Shown here one piece after another: positions 38,807 through 47,997 of a DNA stretch of 64,000 nt; within the stretch, counting starts at the first letter, position 1; every line of letters starts with the position of its first letter. The stretch covers positions 3,456 to 67,455 of the forward strand of contig CAZZLQ010000004.1 of the NCBI GenBank assembly GCA_964655245.1, read 5' to 3'. Origin of the DNA: an uncultured Bacteriovoracaceae bacterium. Its GTDB lineage: Bacteria > Bdellovibrionota > UBA2394. A model generated the notes under the pieces. It did not search any database. It was not told the DNA's origin and was given only the letters and a program-made list of their open reading frames with translations. The translations under genes and the position numbers were made by a program.

Positions 38807-41410
38807 TTGACGCCTCGAGTCGTCGATTCATTTCAGGTTAAACTAGAGGAATCTAGGGGGCGTGTTTTGGACAAGGCGAAACTATTTTCGCAGGCAGAGA
38901 AGTGTCTTGCAAAAGGCCAATATGAAAAGGCCTTAGAGGCGTTTGAGCTTATTCTGCGTTCCGATCCCAATGACTCTAAGGCTCTCAGTCGAGCTGCTGA
39001 TTTGTATCTTAAGCGTGAGAACTTTGAAAAAGGCTTCGATGTCCTGAGGCGACTTGCGGAGGCGTTTACTCGGGAAGGCTTTTTCAGTCGAGCCGTTGCT
39101 ATCTACAAGCGTATGCTGAAGATCGAGAAGATCAGTTCTCGAGACGCACTCATTCAAGTTCATGAGCGCTTAGCCGATCTCTATGGACAGCTGAGCTTGA
39201 TCTCAGATGCCATGAGCCATTTCTCGATTGTCGTCGATCACTACGATCGTGCGATGGATCACGATTCACTTCTCAACGTTCTTAAAAAAGTATCTGACTT
39301 GGATCCTTACAATATCGACAGTCAACTGAAGCTGGCTGAGTTGTTCTATTCAAAACAACGTAATCTCGAGGCTATTAAGGCGCTTGAAAAGTTATCAGAA
39401 AACATCAAGTCTCGCGGGCATCTTCCTGATGTGATTCGAGTCTTTGAGCGCTGGGTAGAGCTAGATCCAAGCGATCACAAGGCATTGGGAAACTTAGTTC
39501 ATCATTACCTTGCCGTGAACGAGCCCAAGAAGGCATTAGCTCGAATTCAAGTCGCTTTTCGAGCGAACCCCCGAAATGTCGATGTCTTGGATTTATTGGC
39601 GGAGACTTTTTTGAGCTTGAAGCAGCCTGAGAAATCAAAAGCTGTCGATCTGGAACTCATCAAGTTAAGTCGAGCCGTTGGAGATCAGGGTAAACTAGAT
39701 CGAGCTGAGCGAAGACTCCGAGGAATTGCGAATCCGCCACCCAATGATTCCGGAGCCTCCTCTGAATCTTCCGGAGTAGAATTGCGGGAGGCGGCCCCCG
39801 CTTCGGCAGAGCTTCCTCTTGTTGAATCAGAACTGACTCATGATGAGAGAAAGCTAATGTCGGAAGCGGATGTTTATCTCAAGTATGGGCTTCTCGATAA
39901 AGCCTACGACCTCTTGAAGAAAAATTTAGAGACTCAGTCGAAGTCATTGGTTTTGAGATGGAAACTCAAGCAGCTGGCCCTTGAAAAGGAGGACACTGAG
40001 GCTGCCGCTCACTTTCTTAACGAGATTGTGATGTTGGCTCGATCCGCTGGAAAGTCTGATGTGGCCAAGATTGCTTCTGATGAGCTGAGCATTCTAGATC
40101 CAAATAGTTTGGCAGTGGCTCCCTCTCCTCGTGTTTCAGCGGCGTCTATGGCCGATGAAAACACTGTAAAGAAGGATTCAACTTCAACTTCTGTAGAGTC
40201 CATTGAGCTCAATGAATTTGATTCATCCGATATCTCTATTGTTTTGGATGAGCAGGAAGTCTTGGCGGCGAGTCCCAAAGCTGATGAGATGGTGAATGAG
40301 TTGATACTCGAGGACAGTATGAGTGGTCCTGTGATGGACCTTAGCGCGCCAGCAATGCCGATTGAGGTTAACCATCAATCAGAGATTGAGTTGATTCCTG
40401 ATGTTTCTATTGAGCCTGCTGAAGAGCTCAGTAACCGCGAGTCCTCCATTGATTTATCAGGTGAGGTAAGTTTTGTTGAGGGTGATGAGCCAGTTGCCTT
40501 GCTGACCGAGAGTGACTTCAGTCCGGAGGAGCTGTCGCGACTTTCAAGTCAGCTTGATCCAGAGGGGATGATTGATTCGGAAGTAGCCGCGCTTGCGCCA
40601 TCCCCCCAGCTGAGCTCGGATTCGGTGGATGCTGCTGTTGAAATAGATAGTGACTTTGAGCTTCGCCAGTCTCTTGAAGAAGTCGACTTTTTTAGATCCC
40701 AAGGGTTAGAGAGCGAGGCCAACGCACTCTTGAAGTCTCTCAGTGGAAAGTATCCAGGTCATCCTCTCATCAAGAAGTTCTCTGCGAGCACAAAGGCTGC
40801 TGCTGAAATGGCCGATGCATTGAAGTCTAAGACTACTGAGCTTGAGGCGTTGGGGCGAAAGGTGCGGCTTAATGTTCAAGAGGACACGCGCGATGCGCAG
40901 ATGGGTGAGTTCTTTGATTTGGCGGCTGAGCTTGATGCAGAACTGCTGAATGACAAATCTGACGAAGGCTTTGGTAGTCCAACGAATGTTCGAGATGTTT
41001 TTAATGCATTTAAGCAGGGGGTCGCTCAAAGTGTTTCCGATGAGGATTGGCAAACTCATTTTGACTTGGGTGTAGCCTATCGAGAGATGGAGCTCTTGGA
41101 TGATGCGATCCAGGCTTTTGAGTTGGTTGGTAAGCATCCGGCTCAACGAGCCTCGGCCCTTTATCAGATTGGTTTGTGTGAGTTAGCCAAAGGCCAGTTG
41201 CAAAATGCCAAAAAGAAATTCGATGAAGCGTTGAATCTGCCGAATGTCATGGCTCAAGAAAAGATATCCATTACTTATGAGCTCGCTGAAGTTTTGCTTC
41301 GACTCAATAAAAAGGACGAAGCGAAGAAGCTCTTTAAAGAGGTTCAAAAAGTTGATCCTGAGTTCAGGGAAGTCACAGAAAAAGTCAAAGCGCTCGGTTC
41401 TAAGGGATAG
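38807..41410 (+). CDS. Large TPR-repeat protein with a long acidic Ser/Glu/Asp-rich central region
   Basis: TPR-like helical repeats at the N-terminus (residues about 20-290) and C-terminus (about 740-860). About 450 aa of low-complexity acidic sequence lies between them. No signal peptide is evident. Confidence 0.55.
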   Translation: MTPRVVDSFQVKLEESRGRVLDKAKLFSQAEKCLAKGQYEKALEAFELILRSDPNDSKALSRAADLYLKRENFEKGFDVLRRLAEAFTREGFFSRAVAIYKRMLKIEKISSRDALIQVHERLADLYGQLSLISDAMSHFSIVVDHYDRAMDHDSLLNVLKKVSDLDPYNIDSQLKLAELFYSKQRNLEAIKALEKLSENIKSRGHLPDVIRVFERWVELDPSDHKALGNLVHHYLAVNEPKKALARIQVAFRANPRNVDVLDLLAETFLSLKQPEKSKAVDLELIKLSRAVGDQGKLDRAERRLRGIANPPPNDSGASSESSGVELREAAPASAELPLVESELTHDERKLMSEADVYLKYGLLDKAYDLLKKNLETQSKSLVLRWKLKQLALEKEDTEAAAHFLNEIVMLARSAGKSDVAKIASDELSILDPNSLAVAPSPRVSAASMADENTVKKDSTSTSVESIELNEFDSSDISIVLDEQEVLAASPKADEMVNELILEDSMSGPVMDLSAPAMPIEVNHQSEIELIPDVSIEPAEELSNRESSIDLSGEVSFVEGDEPVALLTESDFSPEELSRLSSQLDPEGMIDSEVAALAPSPQLSSDSVDAAVEIDSDFELRQSLEEVDFFRSQGLESEANALLKSLSGKYPGHPLIKKFSASTKAAAEMADALKSKTTELEALGRKVRLNVQEDTRDAQMGEFFDLAAELDAELLNDKSDEGFGSPTNVRDVFNAFKQGVAQSVSDEDWQTHFDLGVAYREMELLDDAIQAFELVGKHPAQRASALYQIGLCELAKGQLQNAKKKFDEALNLPNVMAQEKISITYELAEVLLRLNKKDEAKKLFKEVQKVDPEFREVTEKVKALGSKG

Positions 41411-41422
41411 TCCTCAAAGAAA

Positions 41423-41495
41423 AGCGGGAGACGAGGCTCGAACTCGCGACCCTCAGCTTGGGAAGCTGATGCTCTACCAACTGAGCTACTCCCGC
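41423..41495 (-). tRNA. tRNA-Gly (anticodon CCC)
   Basis: The reverse complement reads GCGGGAGTAGCTCAGTTGGTAGAGCATCAGCTTCCCAAGCTGAGGGTCGCGAGTTCGAGCCTCGTCTCCCGC. It folds as a cloverleaf, with anticodon loop TTCCCAA and a T-loop TTCGAGC. Discriminator is U. CCA is not encoded. Confidence 0.85.
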
Positions 41496-41544
41496 GTGGT
41501 AACCAAACTTACTCAATTTCAAGCTGGAAGTCTCTCATGTTGCT

Positions 41545-41571
41545 CTCCTGCCTCACACTCTCCACCGGAGA
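41545..41571. other. Strong hairpin (11 of 12 bp stem, 3-nt loop) between the tRNA and its 5' fragment repeat
   Basis: ctcacactctcc-acc-ggagactgtgag. No flanking T-run on either strand. Confidence 0.4.
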
Positions 41572-41589
41572 CTGTGAGTGCCGTCGAGT

Positions 41590-41603
41590 GAGCTACTCCC
41601 GCA
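41590..41603 (-). repeat. 14-nt exact duplicate of the tRNA-Gly 5' end (GCGGGAGTAGCTCA) about 95 bp from the tRNA gene
   Basis: tgagctactcccgc occurs at 41482-41495, inside the tRNA, and again at 41590-41603. Confidence 0.6.
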
Positions 41604-41804
41604 TTTGCATCCGATGAGAGGCGCCATACTGCGTTGCGCTCGGCGCTCACTCAGTGATGTAGCATCATAACTACACTCCTTCGTTTGCTTTGTCGCGCGC
41701 CTTGTCTGGCTTGCTCATCCTTACAGATGATATCTATCAGTTTTGTACACCCATTTTATCGGGCTTCACAATTCTTATTCTGTGAAGCGTGGCCAATGCG
41801 ATTC

Positions 41805-43130
41805 CTAGAGCCACGAGTTCAAACGAAGGCGTATTCCCTCTCTCAACCGGCTTGGGACAAAGAGATAAATCAGAAACTTTCCGCTCTCATCAAAACTGGT
41901 CTGACGAGAGAGGCGGGTGCTCAGGGCGATACTGAGTCCAATGGCGATGATCCAGCGAAGTGCCGTCGATATCTCGATGAGTTGCAGATTGCTCAATTGA
42001 TAAGTGCTCAGAAGTTCTGCACCCGCCAAGCTCCCAAGGACTGATGCCATCTGACAAAGGGCCACATATATCCCCATCAGGCGACGTGCTGAGGTGGGAA
42101 TCGCGCTTTGAATCCAAAGAATGAGACAGAGATCCAGTCCCGACCAAAAGATTCCATTGAAAAACTGTATGAATCCGATCGCCATCGGCGATGAGAACAA
42201 AACCCACGCGAGGCTTGTGAGCGCAATTCCATAGAAGGCCACCTGCGTTGCTGCTGCGAGAGAGTGTTTGCGGATACTTTCCGCATAGGATGACATGAAG
42301 AGAAAGGTGCTCACGTACGTCACGGATTGAAGAATAGTTACGAGCGCTGTGGAGAATCCAAGATCTCGCATCATATACGGAAGAAAGTAGGGGGAAGAAA
42401 CGCCTGCGACGAGTCTGAGAGTAACCGTCGCAACAATGATGATGAGAACAGAGGCTCCGCTGGCGTTGCGGAGAGTCCTTGCAAGATATGTCCAGCTGAC
42501 GAGCTCAGATGATTCGCGTACTTTTGGGCGTGGTGGGCTTGCCCGAGTCGCCACAAACCAAAGTGCTGCACACCGAGCAACCAATCCAATCGCAAACATC
42601 ATGACAAAGAATCCCGCGGAGGCGTCCAAGGCCTTTGCGGTGCAGGCAGCTGCAATCGTACAGATGAGGGTCGTTAGCGAAATCCACGACGTTCTTCTCG
42701 AGAAAAATCTTCCGAGGCGTTCTTGGGGGAGCCAGCCGGACATCCAATCAATCCAAAGTGGGGAGGCCACAAGTCCTCCCAGCCAATAGCAAGATAGGCA
42801 GACAAAGAGTGCCTCAAACAACCTGTGCGGCGAAAAAACGCTGACCCATAACAGGCCAGCCACTCCGAGGATCTGCATTCCGATGAAGACCATCAGCCAG
42901 TTTTTGAGAGAGGCTTGTCGAATCTGACCTGGAATGAACAGATTGGCGATCGCGCCGACAAGAAGTGGACCTGTCGTGAGAATGCCTATCTCCGGGTTTG
43001 AGAGACTCTGAGAGACAGCAAAGATCAGGGTAAAGTGCTCTGCCGTTGCAATCATTAAGCTGTAGAGGGATCCTTCCCAGTAGGAGCTGCGAAGTGCTCG
43101 TCTCCTGAGCCCCTCGCGATTAAAACTCAC
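41805..43130 (-). CDS. MFS transporter
   Basis: 12-TM topology with two 6-TM halves, and an MFS N-terminal loop motif. Confidence 0.8.
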   Translation of the reverse strand: MSFNREGLRRRALRSSYWEGSLYSLMIATAEHFTLIFAVSQSLSNPEIGILTTGPLLVGAIANLFIPGQIRQASLKNWLMVFIGMQILGVAGLLWVSVFSPHRLFEALFVCLSCYWLGGLVASPLWIDWMSGWLPQERLGRFFSRRTSWISLTTLICTIAAACTAKALDASAGFFVMMFAIGLVARCAALWFVATRASPPRPKVRESSELVSWTYLARTLRNASGASVLIIIVATVTLRLVAGVSSPYFLPYMMRDLGFSTALVTILQSVTYVSTFLFMSSYAESIRKHSLAAATQVAFYGIALTSLAWVLFSSPMAIGFIQFFNGIFWSGLDLCLILWIQSAIPTSARRLMGIYVALCQMASVLGSLAGAELLSTYQLSNLQLIEISTALRWIIAIGLSIALSTRLSRQTSFDESGKFLIYLFVPSRLREGIRLRLNSWL

Positions 43131-43199
43131 ATCTTTATTTTCCGCCTCTTTACGCGTTGCAGCAACGCCTCCAAGACATGAATCCTTTCAATGACTTAA

Positions 43200-44132
43200 G
43201 TGCCCATTGCACTTCGCTGGGTCTGGGCTATAGTGCGCCCCATGTTAACCGGGTTGGCTGCGATATTACTGGCCGGAGCTGTGCCTCCGACAGTGAGAGA
43301 TTGTTATTCGGTGATGAAGGATCTCGCCGAGTTCCATCTATCGCCCGACTTGCAGGAAACCTTTCAGGAAGTTTCTCAATCGCATTTGTTTGTCTGGGTT
43401 CCCGCTAAGTTCTTGGGCAAGCCGCCTCAGATTTTTGCTGAGCAATCGGGTGTTCGTCCTTTCTTTGCGAGTTCGATTGGTACTCGAAGATTTCTGTCTC
43501 AGCTGGCGCGATCAAAAAACGCGCAGCTGAGAAGGCATTATCGTCAAATGTTGCCGCCCCGAATGTACCATGCTTGGCAAGAGGCTGAGGGTAATCTTGA
43601 TCGAAATTTTTCTCATGACTTCTACATTGTCCGTCGAGAGGGCAGAGGTTTCCGAGTGGTATTCCACTTGAGACTTTTTGAAGCGGTGTTTGATCGATCT
43701 TCGGCCGTACCCTTGCCGGCGGAGGTTCTTGAAAAGTCGCTGGGTAGTGGATCTCAAGGGCAAGTGCTGGCATTGGCTCGTGCGTTTCGTCAGCTGAGCC
43801 TTATGAAGAGCGAAGACTTGAAAGCTCGAGGTGAATCTTTTGTAGAGCTTGGTCAGTACCTTGTCGATGCTTCGCCGGAAGAGGCGTTGGCATTGAAGCA
43901 AATGGCTGTGAGCTTTTTGATTCAGTTGTTTTTTAAGGAAAGACGAGATCGCCTCTTCGTGTTTGTACCGGCGAGTCCGCTCCATGAGCGGCTTTACAGT
44001 CGAGACTTTGGGTTGAGAACGAGGCAAGATCAGTGGGGTCATTGGGTCAAAGGCCGAGATCTCATGCAGGGCCTTAAGGAATTCCTCAGACGTTCGGAAG
44101 TGCAAATCAGTGTAAAGCGAAAGAGAAGGTAG
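43200..44132 (+). CDS. Hypothetical protein with an N-terminal signal/TM; unknown function
   Basis: A 310-aa ORF whose stop lies 6 nt before the TetR start. It is divergent from the MFS gene. Hydrophobic N-terminus (MLTGLAAILLAGAV). A competing 197-aa antisense ORF is judged less likely. Confidence 0.45.
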   Translation: MPIALRWVWAIVRPMLTGLAAILLAGAVPPTVRDCYSVMKDLAEFHLSPDLQETFQEVSQSHLFVWVPAKFLGKPPQIFAEQSGVRPFFASSIGTRRFLSQLARSKNAQLRRHYRQMLPPRMYHAWQEAEGNLDRNFSHDFYIVRREGRGFRVVFHLRLFEAVFDRSSAVPLPAEVLEKSLGSGSQGQVLALARAFRQLSLMKSEDLKARGESFVELGQYLVDASPEEALALKQMAVSFLIQLFFKERRDRLFVFVPASPLHERLYSRDFGLRTRQDQWGHWVKGRDLMQGLKEFLRRSEVQISVKRKRR

Positions 44133-44137
44133 CAGTT

Positions 44138-44761
44138 ATGCCGAGAATCTTAGTTGATCGTCCCCCTGAAACAAGAGAGCTGATTCTTGAATCTTTCATC
44201 AATCTGGTTGAGGAGCGCGGTGCATTTCAAATCGTCTTTCAGGACATTGCTGATGCATCAAAGATGAGTTTGGGATCGATTCGCTATTACTTCAAAAATT
44301 ATGACTCTCTTGTCGAAGCTGCTATTGCGTATGTTTTTCAGCGGGCTCAAGTTGTCATTGAAGAAGATATTATGAAGGTGCGATTGTCGGGTTCCTCCAA
44401 CCAAATGATCCGATCCTATGTTGAGGCCAACTTTCATTGGATGGATGCTTATCCCTCTCATGCCGCATTTTTGTCTTATTTCTATCATCTTTGTTGCACG
44501 CGTGCGTCGGTGGTCGGCCGAGATTTTTGGCAGCGTGGTCGAAAGCGAGTGGAAGCTCTTATTCTGGAAGAGATTGCTCGAACAAAGTCGAAGGGGCCTG
44601 AGGATGTTGAAGCGGCTGCACAGATTATCCACAGTCTGATCTTCGGTTCCGTGGTGACTGCGATGGCAGAGAGGTCGCCTGAGTCCTCCAAGCAACAACT
44701 GAAGGTTCTCGTTGATTCGCTGCCGAGCATCCTTCTTTCGGTGGCGTCGATCGAATCATAA
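44138..44761 (+). CDS. TetR/AcrR-family transcriptional regulator
   Basis: N-terminal HTH (FQDIADASKMSLGSIRYYFKNYDSL). Confidence 0.85.
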   Translation: MPRILVDRPPETRELILESFINLVEERGAFQIVFQDIADASKMSLGSIRYYFKNYDSLVEAAIAYVFQRAQVVIEEDIMKVRLSGSSNQMIRSYVEANFHWMDAYPSHAAFLSYFYHLCCTRASVVGRDFWQRGRKRVEALILEEIARTKSKGPEDVEAAAQIIHSLIFGSVVTAMAERSPESSKQQLKVLVDSLPSILLSVASIES

Positions 44762-44967
44762 AGCATTGAAATAATTGATTTAAATGAGCTCTTTGCGAAA
44801 TTTGATAATTAATTTGACAATTTTGTTTAACGGGCTAAGAGAGTCTCAAAACTGGATTTCCCTTGGAAAAGTGGCCAGGTTGAACTCTCTCTTGATTGAT
44901 TTGAGGCACCGCAGCCGACGACCCATCAACTGATGAAAGGGTCGACCTGGTCACCCTTTTAGCTAAA

Positions 44968-45414
44968 ATGCCTTTCATGGCTCGTCCCTCTCTCGATCAC
45001 TTTTTTAATCAGTTTTCCAAACAAAATATGAAGATTCTGTCTGATTTTTATCATCCGGACATTCAGTTCGTGGATCCGCTTGTGAACTTGAAGGGCCTCG
45101 CTACGTTGACCGAGTACTATGCTGATTTGTACGAGAACGTGATTTCGATCCGATTCGATTTTTCAAAGGTCCTTCAGTCGGGTGCTGAAGAGGTTGGCTT
45201 TTGGAAAATGAGAGTTCGACACAAACGGCTCAACGGTGGGGATGAGATCGTGGTCGATGGGAACTCGCATGTGATTTATGACCCGGAATCTCAGTTGTGT
45301 ATCTATCACCGAGATTACTTTGATGCGGCAGCGATGCTCTATGAGAACATTCCAGTCCTGGGTTTTGGAGTTCGGCAGATCAAAAATAGAATTCAAAGGC
45401 AACACCAAAGATAG
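44968..45414 (+). CDS. SnoaL-like / NTF2-like fold protein
   Basis: About 130 aa, a size and pattern typical of the NTF2-like superfamily (DFYHPDIQFVDP...). The start is possibly the downstream Met, MKILSDFY. Confidence 0.55.
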   Translation: MPFMARPSLDHFFNQFSKQNMKILSDFYHPDIQFVDPLVNLKGLATLTEYYADLYENVISIRFDFSKVLQSGAEEVGFWKMRVRHKRLNGGDEIVVDGNSHVIYDPESQLCIYHRDYFDAAAMLYENIPVLGFGVRQIKNRIQRQHQR

Positions 45415-45509
45415 TTTTGTCTGATTCAAGAAGCGCTGAGGGGTGATTTTAGGATTATTCGTTTTCAAGGCATTCCCGTCTCTCTATAACTGAGAGAAGC
45501 AAGACACGT

Positions 45510-47405
45510 ATGGATCGTTCGCAGTTTGAAAGACGTACTCACCACACCAGTTTGGGTGTTCTCACTCTCGGAGCTTTGGGAGTCGTCTTTGGTGATATCG
45601 GAACGAGTGCCCTTTATGCTCTTCGAGAGTGTTTTAGCTCTCACACTGGAGCGGTTGTAGATCACGCGACGGTGCTGGGAGTTCTTTCTCTTATTTTTTG
45701 GGTTTTGATTTTGGTCATCTCGATCAAGTACATGTTTATCATTTTGAAGGCTGACAACAAGGGTGAGGGCGGGCTCTTGGCGCTGACAGCTCTTGCGAGT
45801 GAGGGAACCCTTCGAAGCTCCAAAACGGCGATTTTTTCCGTTGTCGGGCTCGGTGTGTTTGGTGCGGCCTTGCTGTACGGAGATGCAATGATCACTCCTG
45901 CTATTTCTGTTCTCTCTGCTGTTGAGGGTATTGCCGTTCGCTCGGAGGGGCTTGAGTCTTTTGTGATTCCGCTGACCTTGGTGATTCTGACTGCATTGTT
46001 CATCACTCAACGGGTTGGGACGGGGATTATCGGTCGCATTTTTGGTCCTGTGATGTGTATCTGGTTCTCGGTGATTGGCACTTTGGGATTGATGGCCATT
46101 GTTAAGAATCCAGAGGTTCTTCGAGCCATTGATCCGCGATACGCGGTTGATTTTCTTTTCAGAGATTGGACTGTTTCATTTGCGGTGATGGGCAGCGTGT
46201 TTCTTGCTGTCACCGGTGGGGAGGCTTTGTATGCGGACATGGGTCACTTCGGCCGGTCAGCGATTCGGTTGGGATGGTTTTTTTTGGCGCTGCCAGCTCT
46301 TTTGCTGAACTATTTTGGTCAGGGCGCTTTGGTTTTGAGCAATCCCGAGGCTGTCCGAAGTCCGTTTTATCTGTTGGCTCCTGAATGGGCTCAGGTTCCC
46401 ATGGTTATCCTAGCCACGACAGCTACTGCCGTTGCCTCTCAAGCAGTGATTGCAGGTGTTTTTTCAATTACGCGACAAGCTGTTCAGCTCGGATTTCTGC
46501 CAAGGACGCAGATCGTTCACACCTCAGCAGGAGAGATCGGTCAGATCTTCGTTCCTAAGGCCAACTTATTCCTCTGGGTTTCCACATTTGTTCTCGTCTT
46601 GTCCTTTAAGAGTTCAAGTGCCCTCGCAGGTGCCTACGGTGTGGCTGTTTCAGCCATCATGATCATCACAACCTCGATGGCCGGCTATATTGCGTGGAAA
46701 AGATGGAAATGGAACCCGATCGTTATCGTTGTCCTCGGCATCGGATTTTTGGCCATTGAGGGGCTGTTTCTTTCGTCGAATATGATGAAGCTTGATGAAG
46801 GTGGCTGGGTGAGTCTTCTCATCGCCGCTATCATCTCGACCTGTATGCTCACGTGGAAGCGAGGGCGCGAGATTCTCATGCAGCGCTTGCGTGAGAAGCG
46901 AATGACCTTGGCCCAATTCATTGAGCAAGTACGGGAGAAGCGTGTTTATCGAACAGAGGGAACGGCCGTTTTCATGACTTCAGACCCCAATGGGTTGCCT
47001 GTGGGGCTGTTTCAGAACTTTCTTTTGAATCATGTGGTCCATCAGCAGGTGATCATCATGAACGTCCAGTTTGAAGAGATCCCGTTTATTCCTGTTCAAA
47101 ATCGGATACAGATTTCCAACCTTGGTGAGAATTTTCATTTCGTCACCGTTCACTACGGCTTCATGCAGACGCCCAATATTCCGCGAATCATCGAAATGTG
47201 TCGCTTCGATGGAGTCCCGGTCAACAAAGATGATGTGACGTATTTCTTTGGACGCGAAACGATCATTGCGACTGACCGAGTCGGCATGCAGAAGTGGCGC
47301 GAGCGACTTTTCATTCTGATGTCTCGAAATTCCCAAACCGCGATGGAATTCTTCAAGATCCCAACCGACAAGGTGGTTGAATTCGGCATTCAGGTCGAGA
47401 TCTGA
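45510..47405 (+). CDS. kup: KUP/HAK/KT family potassium uptake transporter
   Basis: Conserved N-terminus (LGALGVVFGDIGTSALYALRE), a 12-TM core and a C-terminal cytoplasmic domain. Confidence 0.9.
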   Translation: MDRSQFERRTHHTSLGVLTLGALGVVFGDIGTSALYALRECFSSHTGAVVDHATVLGVLSLIFWVLILVISIKYMFIILKADNKGEGGLLALTALASEGTLRSSKTAIFSVVGLGVFGAALLYGDAMITPAISVLSAVEGIAVRSEGLESFVIPLTLVILTALFITQRVGTGIIGRIFGPVMCIWFSVIGTLGLMAIVKNPEVLRAIDPRYAVDFLFRDWTVSFAVMGSVFLAVTGGEALYADMGHFGRSAIRLGWFFLALPALLLNYFGQGALVLSNPEAVRSPFYLLAPEWAQVPMVILATTATAVASQAVIAGVFSITRQAVQLGFLPRTQIVHTSAGEIGQIFVPKANLFLWVSTFVLVLSFKSSSALAGAYGVAVSAIMIITTSMAGYIAWKRWKWNPIVIVVLGIGFLAIEGLFLSSNMMKLDEGGWVSLLIAAIISTCMLTWKRGREILMQRLREKRMTLAQFIEQVREKRVYRTEGTAVFMTSDPNGLPVGLFQNFLLNHVVHQQVIIMNVQFEEIPFIPVQNRIQISNLGENFHFVTVHYGFMQTPNIPRIIEMCRFDGVPVNKDDVTYFFGRETIIATDRVGMQKWRERLFILMSRNSQTAMEFFKIPTDKVVEFGIQVEI

Positions 47406-47997
47406 TCAAGAGTTGTCCCGGGCATTTCCTCCTGCTAGCGTTGAGTCTATGCCGACGGAATCAAAACCCATTGAGTTAGGTACGCCGTGTCCTTCCTTTG
47501 ATCTGCTTGCCGTTGATGGCAAGCGATATACCAAGGAGAGCTTTTCCCAGTCGAAGCTGCTGATGGTGGCCTTTACCTGCAATCATTGTCCTTATGTCCA
47601 AGCCTATGAGCAGAGACTGATTGATCTTGTGGGGAAGTTTTCGTCGCGCGGTGTCGCCTTTGTTTGCATCAATGCCAACGACTCAAAAACGTATCCGGAA
47701 GATTCCTACGAGGGGATGAAGGATAGGGCGAAGAAGTTAGGATTTAACTTTCATTATCTTTGGGATGAGACGCAGAAAGTGGCGAAGGCATTCAATGCTG
47801 CATGCACCCCTGAGTTTTATGTCTATGATGGCGATCGCAAGCTTCGCTACCACGGACGTTTGGATGATAACCACAAAGATCCATCGGCGGTGAAGGAGCG
47901 TTACTTAGATGAAGCTCTTGAGAGCTTGTTGGCAGGACAGTCGATACGGACAACACAAACTGCAGCCATGGGCTGTAGCATCAAGTGGAAGGCCTAA
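47377..47997 (+). CDS. Thioredoxin-fold thiol-disulfide oxidoreductase family protein
   Basis: CxxC-type motif (FTCNHCPYV) in a thioredoxin-like context. The start is probably the later Met, MPTESKPIELG, which avoids the overlap with kup. Confidence 0.6.
   Translation: MNSAFRSRSDQELSRAFPPASVESMPTESKPIELGTPCPSFDLLAVDGKRYTKESFSQSKLLMVAFTCNHCPYVQAYEQRLIDLVGKFSSRGVAFVCINANDSKTYPEDSYEGMKDRAKKLGFNFHYLWDETQKVAKAFNAACTPEFYVYDGDRKLRYHGRLDDNHKDPSAVKERYLDEALESLLAGQSIRTTQTAAMGCSIKWKA

Noticed and set aside
41244-41591. 115-aa plus-strand ORF spanning the end of the TPR gene and the tRNA-Gly gene
   Set aside because: It overlaps a well-folding tRNA on the opposite strand. It has a low-complexity Lys/Ser-rich translation and is best explained as a spurious ORF.
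43512-44105. 197-aa minus-strand ORF overlapping the 310-aa hypothetical gene
   Set aside because: The plus-strand ORF is longer, has a signal peptide, and ends 6 nt before the TetR start (an operon-like arrangement). The minus-strand product is highly basic and low-complexity. Kept as an open question in the findings.
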